In this document: positions 19,952-28,405 of the stretch, piece by piece
Layout of the letters: every line of letters starts with the position of its first letter
How positions within the stretch are numbered: position 1 is the stretch's first letter
Virus record (IMG/VR): IMGVR_UViG_2667527592_000002
Origin: a virus
Taxonomy: Duplodnaviria; Heunggongvirae; Uroviricota; Caudoviricetes
Strand: one strand, 5' to 3'
Length of the DNA: 64,000 nucleotides
Program-made: the position numbers and the translations under genes
The notes under the pieces: generated by a model
Databases searched by the model: none
The model's input: the letters and a program-made list of their open reading frames with translations, nothing else
Told to the model about the DNA's origin: nothing

Positions 19952-20446
19952 TTGTTGTTATTATTTCGCATATTTACTATCAATAGGTATGTTAGAAAAA
20001 TATCGCGAAAGAGAAGGCGTCGCAGTGAATATTCTGAAACATCCCCACATGCCGCAGCTCTTAGAGAACTGGAGAAAAACCCAGATCTAATCAAAAGGAA
20101 CCATGAGCATTACGAGCAGGTTCGCGTCCTGGACTGGTTGTATCGCAATATGCGTTATGTGTATGAGCATACTCACGCCACTCCAAACGGTGGCCTGCGA
20201 GGCATAAGGACGGCAATAAAAATGGTGGCAGAGGGCCAAAAGAAGGGATATCCCGATCTTTCTATAGACCTTGCTTGTGGGGGATACCACGGAATGCGCA
20301 TTGAGATGAAACATGGGAGAAATCGCCTGACTCCCGAACAACTCGTCTGGATGACCCGCCTCACTGAAGCCGGTTACTACTGCTTTGAGGCGCGCAGTGC
20401 CGCTGAAGCCATAAAAGCTATCACGGAGTATGTTTGTCTTGATTAA
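19952..20446 (+). CDS. VRR-NUC domain nuclease (start uncertain)
   Basis: ...KKGYPDLSIDLACGGYHGMRIEMKHGRNRLTPEQLVWMTRLTEAGYYCF...; PD-(D/E)xK-type motif. Confidence 0.6.
   Translation: MLLLFRIFTINRYVRKISRKRRRRSEYSETSPHAAALRELEKNPDLIKRNHEHYEQVRVLDWLYRNMRYVYEHTHATPNGGLRGIRTAIKMVAEGQKKGYPDLSIDLACGGYHGMRIEMKHGRNRLTPEQLVWMTRLTEAGYYCFEARSAAEAIKAITEYVCLD
19988..20000 (+). promoter_or_regulatory. TGTTAGAAAA-type recurrent motif
   Basis: tatgttagaaaaa. Confidence 0.4.
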
Positions 20447-20460
20447 ACGGAGAAATCGTT

Positions 20461-20661
20461 TTGCGTTTACTTAACGTGGCAGAACTTATCCCTGCAGGAA
20501 CTAATGCTATCGCTCGTCGTCGCTCATGGCAGCAGGCTCTATGTATTGAGATCTCGAAACGTATCAATGGAAGTTTTGAAGCTCGCAATATTGTTACTGG
20601 CGATAAGGTTCACATAACCCCGGAAAGTGCAAGCGCTGATGATTGGGAGTTTGTACATTGA
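20461..20661 (+). CDS. hypothetical protein
   Basis: 66 aa ORF. Confidence 0.25.
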   Translation: MRLLNVAELIPAGTNAIARRRSWQQALCIEISKRINGSFEARNIVTGDKVHITPESASADDWEFVH

Positions 20662-20957
20662 GCAAAAAATATTATGTGAGTCTGGCGTTCGCTGACGATG
20701 CGGGGAGGACGCGGAGTATCACGTTGAGCACACCGGTTAAGGCTGTGACAGCGCCGTTAATCCGTGAAGCTCTCAGAGAGCTGGAATTGGGTGAAAACTC
20801 GGCACTGTTGTCGGTTAGTTGGTTAGGGAAAATGTCAGAGAAACAATACGTGGATGGAGTTACCCCAATAACAGTAATGAGGCTACTTTCATTGCTGCAA
20901 TGGGCCATCGTACCTGTATTTATCGCGTATCTTATTTATCAGGCTGCAACACAGTAA
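20643..20957 (+). CDS. hypothetical protein with C-terminal transmembrane helix
   Basis: 104 aa, C-terminal LLSLLQWAIVPVFIAYLIY; followed by terminator. Confidence 0.3.
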   Translation: MGVCTLSKKYYVSLAFADDAGRTRSITLSTPVKAVTAPLIREALRELELGENSALLSVSWLGKMSEKQYVDGVTPITVMRLLSLLQWAIVPVFIAYLIYQAATQ

Positions 20958-20965
20958 TTGCATAA

Positions 20966-20992
20966 AAACCCGCCAATTAGCGGGTTTTTTGT
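20966..20992 (+). terminator. rho-independent terminator
   Basis: cccgccaattagcggg + TTTTTT. Confidence 0.65.
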
Positions 20993-21030
20993 TTATTGCA
21001 TCTTCCGATACCGTCATCAAACTAATAAAA

Positions 21031-21043
21031 TATGTTAGAAAAC
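21031..21043 (+). promoter_or_regulatory. TGTTAGAAAA-type recurrent motif
   Basis: tatgttagaaaac about 30 nt upstream of 21071 start. Confidence 0.4.
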
Positions 21044-21070
21044 TAATTTAACAAAGTAACGGGAACAGCA

Positions 21071-22279
21071 ATGAGTCAACACACTGATACTTCTAATCTG
21101 GAAATTATCTCGACAGCAATTGAAACGCTGCGCACACAAATCGCTCTTATACAGAAACGGAATCCGGGTGATGACCTGTCAAAGCGACTGCACGAGAGTG
21201 TCATTGCCACTACAGATAACCTGGTGGCGGAAATCAACAAGCTGCTTGATGATGGGGCAGTTGATTACAATAAGCTGGTGGATCAGTTTGAGGAATACCA
21301 ACAAGCTGTTAATGATGGCTTGATCCGTTTTTCACAAGTCACAGGCGTATCAGCGACAGTTGAAAGCCTGGGTGATGCAGTTAATCAATTTGCCGCGAAT
21401 ATGCGTAATGAGATCGGCAATCTGGAAGCACGTCTTGAACAGGCAAATACACTGCGTAAATCTGCCGAAGCCGATTTGAACCGTTACAAAAAAGACTATC
21501 CGCCCAGCCTGACAAAGCGTCTGGATGTTGCGGAGAAGGATAACCGCGCGCTGAAAAGAGAGCGCCGGGAACTAAAAGAGCGTTTAACCAAGCTCAATCA
21601 GCAATGCATTGATTATCAAGGCGAAGGCGTCACACTGCGTAAAAAGTTAGCTACAGCGCAGAGCATTATCGAAACATTAAAGCGAGAGTGCTCACAGCTT
21701 GGTCACGATCTGAACCGTGCTTGTGGCATGGGACAAAGACCAGAGACATTTCCACTTATGTATGATGGAAGGGATGCCATTGCCTACATCCATGAGTATC
21801 CGCACGGCCTGGTTGCGGAAACTGGGCAGCGTGGCGAAGCACTGCTGACGGCTAATTACCATCAACAAATCAGAACCAATCGCCTGTTAACGATGGATGT
21901 GATCCCATCGGTATGGGGAACGCCGCTTTACTATCGCCTGCCGGGTTTCGAAAAGGACTGGAATACCGACATAGACGAATGTCTCGCAGATAAAATTATG
22001 GCGTACCTGGAGACGGATTTTCCGCGCTTATATCGCCGGATTATGGACTCTAAGGATGCGCCAATCGATGAATTAAAAATGCGTCCGGAGACGCTGGAGG
22101 CAATCAAGCAGACGGAGTTTGATACTGTATTCAGTGTGGCCTGCATTCCAAGCTGTTTCCATGAAAGCATCCCGTTCATGCAAGGAGATCGTCGTCAGGA
22201 AATCATTGACGCTTGCCGGGTATGGGCGAACGAATGGGATAAGAAGAATGGGGGTGTAGAAGATCTTTATGGGAAATAA
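21071..22279 (+). CDS. hypothetical protein, N-terminal coiled coil
   Basis: 402 aa ORF with RBS; no recognisable catalytic motif. Confidence 0.4.
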   Translation: MSQHTDTSNLEIISTAIETLRTQIALIQKRNPGDDLSKRLHESVIATTDNLVAEINKLLDDGAVDYNKLVDQFEEYQQAVNDGLIRFSQVTGVSATVESLGDAVNQFAANMRNEIGNLEARLEQANTLRKSAEADLNRYKKDYPPSLTKRLDVAEKDNRALKRERRELKERLTKLNQQCIDYQGEGVTLRKKLATAQSIIETLKRECSQLGHDLNRACGMGQRPETFPLMYDGRDAIAYIHEYPHGLVAETGQRGEALLTANYHQQIRTNRLLTMDVIPSVWGTPLYYRLPGFEKDWNTDIDECLADKIMAYLETDFPRLYRRIMDSKDAPIDELKMRPETLEAIKQTEFDTVFSVACIPSCFHESIPFMQGDRRQEIIDACRVWANEWDKKNGGVEDLYGK

Positions 22280-22290
22280 TGTGTTAGAAA
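22280..22290 (+). promoter_or_regulatory. TGTTAGAAAA-type recurrent motif
   Basis: tgtgttagaaa. Confidence 0.4.
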
Positions 22291-22436
22291 TCTAAAATCA
22301 CAATTCGAATGTATTGATTGTGGAGATAACTTAACATAGAATTTTCCTTGCTGGTGGGCGGTACCCACGTTTCGCTTGCTGGGCTTGATAGTCACTTATT
22401 GGTTATTGTTCGCCAACCAGCATTTAACAAATTAAA

Positions 22437-22448
22437 GTGTTAGAAAAG
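22437..22448 (+). promoter_or_regulatory. TGTTAGAAAA-type recurrent motif
   Basis: gtgttagaaaag. Confidence 0.4.
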
Positions 22449-23032
22449 TATGGTAATGCAAGAGCACGCTTTGGCACCGTGCAGGCCAAAGTTCAGCAGG
22501 TTTAGTGCGGAAAGTGGTTTCAGAGAGAGCACTTTGCGGAGTAAACGACAATACATGTTGAGCCACGGAAGGTCTTTTTAAGGTGTTCATTGATGATGGT
22601 CCGGCAGAGAGTAACGGTACATGCTGCATCTAATCATCAATGCACATCTTCAACATTAAGGAGGCATAGGGATTTTTGTGGCGGTTACCTTTTGCCCTGA
22701 GTCTCCTTAATGTTGCGGTAATGCACCTATGCGGATGTGGCCTTGCATTGTGTCTTGAAAGAATGGGGTAAGGCCGGGGATATCCCCAGGGGGAGGCACC
22801 CCCGCTGCAACGAACAGCCACAGACGGCAGTCGAGTGATGGAAACGTGTAAAGACTTTAAACCTCGTTACGGCTGGCGTGGCAAACGCGACAACCGAGAC
22901 AGAGCGGTGACGGGCGGAGAGAGTGCCGCATCAAGAAAGAAGCCGACTTGTGATCCCTTTCTGCGGGCATTTGAAAGTGAATCCAGCTCAGGCAGTCGGC
23001 TTCTTTCTTGTGTGAGATGTAGCGTATTTGCC

Positions 23033-23056
23033 CATCTTCGGGTGGGCTTTTTTAGG
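23033..23056 (+). terminator. hairpin with UUCG tetraloop plus T-run
   Basis: gcccatc-ttcg-ggtgggc + tttttt in ORF-free region upstream of tRNAs. Confidence 0.5.
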
Positions 23057-23513
23057 GTTTTCGTCATGGTTAGCGACTTTGCGGCGGTTTAGAAACCGAC
23101 CATTAAAGTAAATGCAAACGATGATCTGATGATGGTAGCGGCCTAAGAAGCCTGACGCCACGGGGTATGAGTCGTCCCCCGTCAAAAAATCGACCGCAGA
23201 GTGTCCCCGTCTGTGTATTAGGGAACGGGGAGGCATAACAGGCAAGGGCGCTGGTGTGATTAACCAGATGAATGAGAAGGGTCAGGTCTTTCTGGTCAGC
23301 GCCCTTACCTGTTACGTCCCTCCCGCGTAACAGCCATTGCTTGATGGTATATGGGAAAGTTTGTTGGTTACGGGTATATCCCGTCATGCTGAAGGCGCTA
23401 ATCACGCTGGAAGCCAGGGTTATGCATCCCCTGTTACTGAATTGCAGCCAGGGCGCGGTGCGCCGAAAAGCATACGGAGGTGGAAGCCCTCGCCGGAGAC
23501 GTACCCGGCAAGT

Positions 23514-23589
23514 GATGGTGTAGCTCAGCGGTTAGAGCGGTTGACTGTTAATCAACGGGTCGATGGTTCAAATCCATCCACCATCGCCA
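23514..23589 (+). tRNA. tRNA-Asn (anticodon GTT)
   Basis: 76 nt cloverleaf folded by hand; acceptor GATGGTG/CACCATC, T-loop TTCAAAT, anticodon loop CTGTTAA, encoded CCA. Confidence 0.9.
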
Positions 23590-23591
23590 AT

Positions 23592-23667
23592 GCCGGTTTA
23601 GCTCAGTTGGTAGAGCGCCTGCCTTGTAAGCAGGATGTCAGCGGTTCGAGTCCGTTAACCGGCACCA
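23592..23667 (+). tRNA. tRNA-Thr (anticodon TGT)
   Basis: 76 nt; acceptor GCCGGTT/AACCGGC, D-arm GCTCAGTTGGTAGAGC, anticodon loop CTTGTAA, CCA. Confidence 0.9.
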
Positions 23668-23677
23668 GCACAACAGG

Positions 23678-23757
23678 TAAGGGTATTTTGCGACGTCGGA
23701 GATCGCCGAGCTTGGCAGAGGGTTCGAATCCCTACGAAGTACCCTTACCGTTGTGAT
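23678..23757 (+). ncRNA. tRNA-like degenerate hairpin module (unit A)
   Basis: GGTAAGGGTA...GGTTCGAATCCC...TACCCTTACC: acceptor-like stem and T-loop-like element but no canonical cloverleaf and no CCA. Confidence 0.3.
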
Positions 23758-23889
23758 GAATGCGCAGGCTGATGCGCGAAAGACATTGCAGCTATTGCGG
23801 AAAAGAGCTGTCCGGCGGGGCAATTAAACGCCCGTGAGAGTCTGAAATAACCGCAAGCCGGAGATCAGCACCGGTCATCACAACACAAC

Positions 23890-23950
23890 AGGTAAGGGCA
23901 TTCTCCCTTATGGGGCTTGGCTTAAATGCATCGAGTGCTCTTACCGTTGT
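23890..23950 (+). ncRNA. hairpin module (unit B) sharing leader and trailer with unit A
   Basis: GGTAAGGGC...GCTCTTACC stem of about 9 bp; flanked by ggagatcagcacc leader and cgttgtgatgaa trailer. Confidence 0.25.
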
Positions 23951-24337
23951 GATGAAGTGCAGCTCTTTGAAGCAACCAGAAGATAAGCATCTGGCTTCAC
24001 AACATAAACCGCAGGAACGACCAATAAACGGTAGTCCGTATGGAGAACACCCCGTTGAGGAAGAGGCCTGGCCGGAACCGTAACCGGCACTACAACGTTG
24101 AGAACACTGGCGTAACGGGGTCATATCCCAATCTACGAATAAATGTTGCGTTGCAGCGTGACAACCAGTGTTCTCAACATTGTGGTGAATGCGTGTTGCT
24201 GGCGCGCAAGTCCGCCCTATGGCAACGAGGCGGCGTAGTAAATATCGATGCCTCAGTCATCAAGCGCACTGACCGGCCTTATGGGCTATGAAAAAAAGAG
24301 GCGCAGTCGGAGATCAGCACCGACCACCACAATCAAT

Positions 24338-24424
24338 GGAGAGTAGGGAGCATGGTGCTCAAGCGGTCTTGAAAACCGTCCCATTGCGCAAGCGATGATG
24401 GTTCGATTCCATTACTCTCCGCCA
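24338..24424 (+). tRNA. tRNA-Ser-like (anticodon TGA), long variable arm, atypical D-arm
   Basis: acceptor GGAGAGT/ACTCTCC, anticodon arm GCGGTCTTGAAAACCGT, T-loop TTCGATT, CCA; D-arm non-canonical. Confidence 0.6.
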
Positions 24425-24584
24425 TCGCAACGTTAAGAGTATTTGGCTAATTAAGCGAATGCCGGAAGCAGAACCGGATCACCAAATGCGTACAGGCGTC
24501 ATCGCCGCCCAGCCAGCCAAGTGCTCTTACCATTGCGGTGAATGCGGCTAAGCGCACGCGGAACAGTTAAAACAATCCTCCTTA

Positions 24585-24908
24585 GTGGTTAAGTCAAACA
24601 TCCCGGCGTTAATTGTTAACTGGTTAACGTCACCTGGAGGCACCAGGCACCGCAATCTAATAAAGTTTCAAGCAATGGGGTTTTTGTTGTCAGACTTCAG
24701 ATATAGATGGTTGTGGAAGGAGAGCCTGTACATAGTGCAGTTATTTCTTCCGCTATTTGTCTGCTTTGTCATGCTTCCTGAGCTGAAATACGCAATTTCA
24801 GACACTTTAAGCACTATCGTTACTTTTGTGTTTTATCTTTACTTTGATTACTTATTGAGCACTAAAATCAATGAATTATCCGAGGAAATGCAAGGTGGCT
24901 GTAAGTGA
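24585..24908 (+). CDS. small hydrophobic protein (start uncertain)
   Basis: ORF between tRNAs with two predicted TM helices. Confidence 0.25.
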   Translation: MVKSNIPALIVNWLTSPGGTRHRNLIKFQAMGFLLSDFRYRWLWKESLYIVQLFLPLFVCFVMLPELKYAISDTLSTIVTFVFYLYFDYLLSTKINELSEEMQGGCK

Positions 24909-24909
24909 T

Positions 24910-25038
24910 GGATTTTTGGGCGTTTGCCGATAAGAACCCTGGTTGGACATTTTTATTTTTGCTGGTGGTTGCATATGGGGTCGAGCAAGCGGCTAAAGCC
25001 TTACGCGGTTCTGGCAAAAAGCGTAAGCGGAATTAACA
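24910..25038 (+). CDS. small membrane protein (42 aa; below ORF-track cutoff)
   Basis: MDFWAFADKNPGWTFLFLLVVAYGVEQAAKALRGSGKKRKRN; one TM helix, basic tail. Confidence 0.25.
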
Positions 25039-25045
25039 GTAATCT

Positions 25046-25121
25046 GGCCCTTTAGCTCAGTGGTTAGAGCAGGCGACTCATAATCGCACGGTCACCGGTT
25101 CAAATCCGGTAGGGGCCACCA
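25046..25121 (+). tRNA. tRNA-Ile2-like (anticodon CAT, lysidine type) or tRNA-Met
   Basis: 76 nt; near-identical arms to E. coli ileX as recalled: GGCCCTTTAGCTCAGTGGTTAGAGCAGGCGACTCATAATCGC... Confidence 0.9.
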
Positions 25122-25575
25122 TATTTGGTTGTAACACGGCGTATGGCACATGCGTCGTTAGCGGTCTGGTGTAGCTGTTAGGTACCTTACTAACACTGCA
25201 TGGGCACATCAGGTAGCCGGAATGTGCAAGTCACCGCTGGAGGGATAGCGGACTCAGGGACTCACCATCCTGGCGATTCGGTGTGACAGCCGGAATAGCA
25301 CGGCGCACAACAGGAAAAGGCGTTTAATTAACGCGAGCGCCGTTTCCGTTGTGGTAATTGCGGCTATGCGCTCGTGACGAAGCCATTTTCATTCACTACG
25401 TTCTGATAAGTGACGTCGCCGGGAGTGGCTAACCTGGCAGGTGGAGGCACCACCGCCACAACTCCTTTCAATTCATCATATAGCCGCTCAGGCTGTACCC
25501 CTTAATTAATACGAAGTTACGACATCACTACCGGTACTTCCGGGGGATAGTCGCGCGTGTAAAAAAGGAGACGTT

Positions 25576-26151
25576 ATGTTAATGGCGAACGATAACGCAT
25601 ATGCAGAAGAAGATCTCATTTTGAGTGACTTCATAGGGAAGCGGGAACGCTGGACCCAAAAGCGAGAGGAACTTTACGCCTCATTAGTTCGCAAAGGCGT
25701 CAATATCGAAACCGCACAAAGCGGCGATATGACAGTGGTAAGCGTTGGATTGCACGGTGTAAGCGTGTCAGCAATCAATCATGAGCCATACGTTGCGTTA
25801 TCCGAGTCAATGGTAAGGTTAGTTAAGTTCCTGAAGTACACAGAAGCGAATAATGTAATCATTGGCAAAAAGAATATCCCTTTTTCCTCGGCTTTTTACT
25901 GGATGATGAAAGGGCTTGATGCCCGGCGGACATCATGGCCTAAAGGGAGCTATATATCGATGTTCCGTGGCAGCATTGGCAGCAAAGAAAAGCTCTTCGA
26001 ATTCTTGCCGGAAGAGGCATTCGATATTGTGGAAGGGTGCGATGTGATGGTGATGCCTCGCCTGGTAATGATGAATGGGGATTTACAGGCGCAGACAGAC
26101 TGGTTTGCAACTGGTGTGGATATTATCGCGACTGACTGGGAGGCTTTCTGA
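25576..26151 (+). CDS. hypothetical protein with DUF2829-like C-terminal region
   Basis: ...AFYWMMKGLDARRTSWPKGSYISM...QTDWFATGVDIIATDWEAF. Confidence 0.35.
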   Translation: MLMANDNAYAEEDLILSDFIGKRERWTQKREELYASLVRKGVNIETAQSGDMTVVSVGLHGVSVSAINHEPYVALSESMVRLVKFLKYTEANNVIIGKKNIPFSSAFYWMMKGLDARRTSWPKGSYISMFRGSIGSKEKLFEFLPEEAFDIVEGCDVMVMPRLVMMNGDLQAQTDWFATGVDIIATDWEAF

Positions 26152-26543
26152 TGTACGGGACTACCAAATTAAGCACTCAACAGGCCACCAATATGGAGTG
26201 GTCTATCGCTAACTGTAAGATTGTGTCATGCAATGCCACGCGTACTGATGTGGGCCATAAAAGCACTATAACAGGCTATCTAGTAATGACCACCAGGGGG
26301 ATGAGGGTTAGATTTCGCTGGAAAGCAGAGCAAGTAACGCCATTCAGAGAGCCATCAATGCCGCTGCAGGTTGAGCAGGATTATCTATGTTTACCAGAAA
26401 TAGATGGAGGAATGCTGGTGGAGTCTGATGGTAGTAAGGCTGATTTTGAAGCCAATTTGAAGCTGGCACAGGCCGTAATCAATAGTTATCGCGGAAAGTG
26501 GATCGCAAAAGTGAAACATGTTGTTCGTTTGTCTCGCTGGTAG
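26151..26543 (+). CDS. hypothetical protein
   Basis: 130 aa ORF, ATGA overlap with upstream gene. Confidence 0.3.
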   Translation: MYGTTKLSTQQATNMEWSIANCKIVSCNATRTDVGHKSTITGYLVMTTRGMRVRFRWKAEQVTPFREPSMPLQVEQDYLCLPEIDGGMLVESDGSKADFEANLKLAQAVINSYRGKWIAKVKHVVRLSRW

Positions 26544-26651
26544 CGTTAGGTATTTAATATTAGTTTTCTAATATAATCATCTTTTTACCAGTCTATACAG
26601 TTTTAACATTCTCATTATCATCCCCTCGGTCATTTCCTGCCCGGGGGATTA

Positions 26652-27044
26652 ATGGAACAAATCAGCAGCGCAGAAATTGCGGATATCATGATCAGGGCTG
26701 ACTGCTATCTGACAGTCACTGAAATTACCACTCTCGCCAAAGAAAAATACCCTCATCTCCATGTTTCACGAGTAAGTGTAACTAACATCATTCGTCATTT
26801 TGTTCGTTCAAGCAGGGCAATCTGTGAGCTGGATGATCGTGTGTATCCACGAAAATACTGGCTACATGGTCTGAACGGATATCAGTTCAAGGTGCGCGGG
26901 CGCACGCCTGAATACGGTAGCTTACTGGTTAAAAACTGTAGCAGGAAATCAGTCGAACAGGCGCGAAAAGAGCAACGAGAGCTGGTGGACATGGCGAATA
27001 AGCTGTGGAATGCCGCCGTTAAAAAGCGTGGTGTTGCTTTATGA
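26652..27044 (+). CDS. hypothetical protein (late-activator position upstream of terminase genes)
   Basis: 130 aa; position only. Confidence 0.3.
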   Translation: MEQISSAEIADIMIRADCYLTVTEITTLAKEKYPHLHVSRVSVTNIIRHFVRSSRAICELDDRVYPRKYWLHGLNGYQFKVRGRTPEYGSLLVKNCSRKSVEQARKEQRELVDMANKLWNAAVKKRGVAL

Positions 27045-28405
27045 GTCTGGTTAATTGGGAGGAGCACCGCGCCCGCTTTATAGCGTTGCGTGAAGAAAAA
27101 GGGATCACTGTAAAGGAATACTGTGAGGAGCATGGCCTTAGCTTCAATACAGCCAGAAAGCATCTCAATATGAAAAAAAATGAGGTGCGGTCGCAGGTAA
27201 AGACAACAAAAAAAAGCACCAAATCACCTGAAAAAAAACGGGCGGGAAGAGCAACAAAAAAGCTGGAAGAGGGTGCAGAAAAAACAAAATTTACAGAAAT
27301 TGACAATTCGCAGGGTGCAGGTTCTTTCCGAAGTATGCCAAGAAAGAAAACTTCGGATCATGAAAGTAATTCCAATAATAACAATGAGATAAAAGAATCT
27401 GTCAGGAGATCATTGCGCGAAAAAATGGCGAAAATGATCCCCGAAGAAGATAAAAGCGCCCCAAAAATTGAGGGATCTTCAGCAATGATCCCTGGCGGTG
27501 CTGTGCAACGTGCCACATTGCCCACTACGAATGTGGCTCGCGACATGATGAAGAACGGCGCAGAAGAACACCTGCGGTTAGCAATTCAAATGGCGCAAGA
27601 GCGCGCACTTCAGTATCAAAGCATTGTTGATCAGGAGGCCGAACGTCTACAGGCGGAAATAGACGCCTTGGGCGATAAAGAGCCAGAAGGAATGCACCCT
27701 GGGCAGCGCCTTCTCGGTCTAATCAGTGACGCGGCCTACTACATGAATGATTTTATCAGTAGGTTGGCAGCTATATATCAGTCCGAACAAAAGCTGCGAC
27801 AGGGGGATGAAAAGCTTCGTCAGAGCGCTCGCCAGCAAGCATTCAAAGAGGCTGAGGCCAGAGAAAAACTCGAATTAGCACGCCTACAGGCCGAACAGCG
27901 TGGCAAAGAGATTGAATATCGCATTGGCGCTGACGCACGCGCTGCCAGAGTTATCGCCGCCGCTATACGTATGCGTGAGCGCGAGGAACTGGATGATATC
28001 GGTGTTGCTGAATACATCGAGCGCCAGGGGGTCAGCGTCCCGGCTATCCTCGCGGCGCGCGCGGCGAAAGCTATCACTCTTCTCGAACCACCTGTTTCTG
28101 ACGTCAATGATGTTGATGATGAACAGCTGGACAAAGAGGCAAGGGAGTTTGCAACGCTTCAGGCTAACCATCCGCAATGGCTGGCAGAGCGCCGGGCGGA
28201 TGTGGCAACCATTGTTGAAGAATTGGGGTGCGGAGATTACGACCGCAATGGCGAGCGTAAAGCTGGAGAATTCGAGGCCAGCGACGAAGAGCTGGATATT
28301 GACCCTTCGGCAACGGCTGAAATTTACGGTGATTATGATGCATCTGATGCAGGGTATGACGCCGGAGATGATGATATCGCGATAGAACCGCCGGAGGATG
28401 ATTAA
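27041..28405 (+). CDS. terminase small subunit-like (PacA-like)
   Basis: 454 aa, N-terminal HTH-like region, basic linker, acidic C-terminus; directly upstream of large terminase. Confidence 0.45.
   Translation: MSLVNWEEHRARFIALREEKGITVKEYCEEHGLSFNTARKHLNMKKNEVRSQVKTTKKSTKSPEKKRAGRATKKLEEGAEKTKFTEIDNSQGAGSFRSMPRKKTSDHESNSNNNNEIKESVRRSLREKMAKMIPEEDKSAPKIEGSSAMIPGGAVQRATLPTTNVARDMMKNGAEEHLRLAIQMAQERALQYQSIVDQEAERLQAEIDALGDKEPEGMHPGQRLLGLISDAAYYMNDFISRLAAIYQSEQKLRQGDEKLRQSARQQAFKEAEAREKLELARLQAEQRGKEIEYRIGADARAARVIAAAIRMREREELDDIGVAEYIERQGVSVPAILAARAAKAITLLEPPVSDVNDVDDEQLDKEAREFATLQANHPQWLAERRADVATIVEELGCGDYDRNGERKAGEFEASDEELDIDPSATAEIYGDYDASDAGYDAGDDDIAIEPPEDD

Noticed and set aside
23337-23756. 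139-aa plus-strand ORF
   Set aside because: It spans tRNA-Asn and tRNA-Thr and begins at TTG; translation of structured RNA genes, not a protein.
22300-25575. Possible CRISPR array suggested by repeated short motifs
   Set aside because: Repeats are irregularly spaced (about 110 to 820 bp), are not separated by uniform spacers, and are associated with tRNA-like hairpins; no cas genes.
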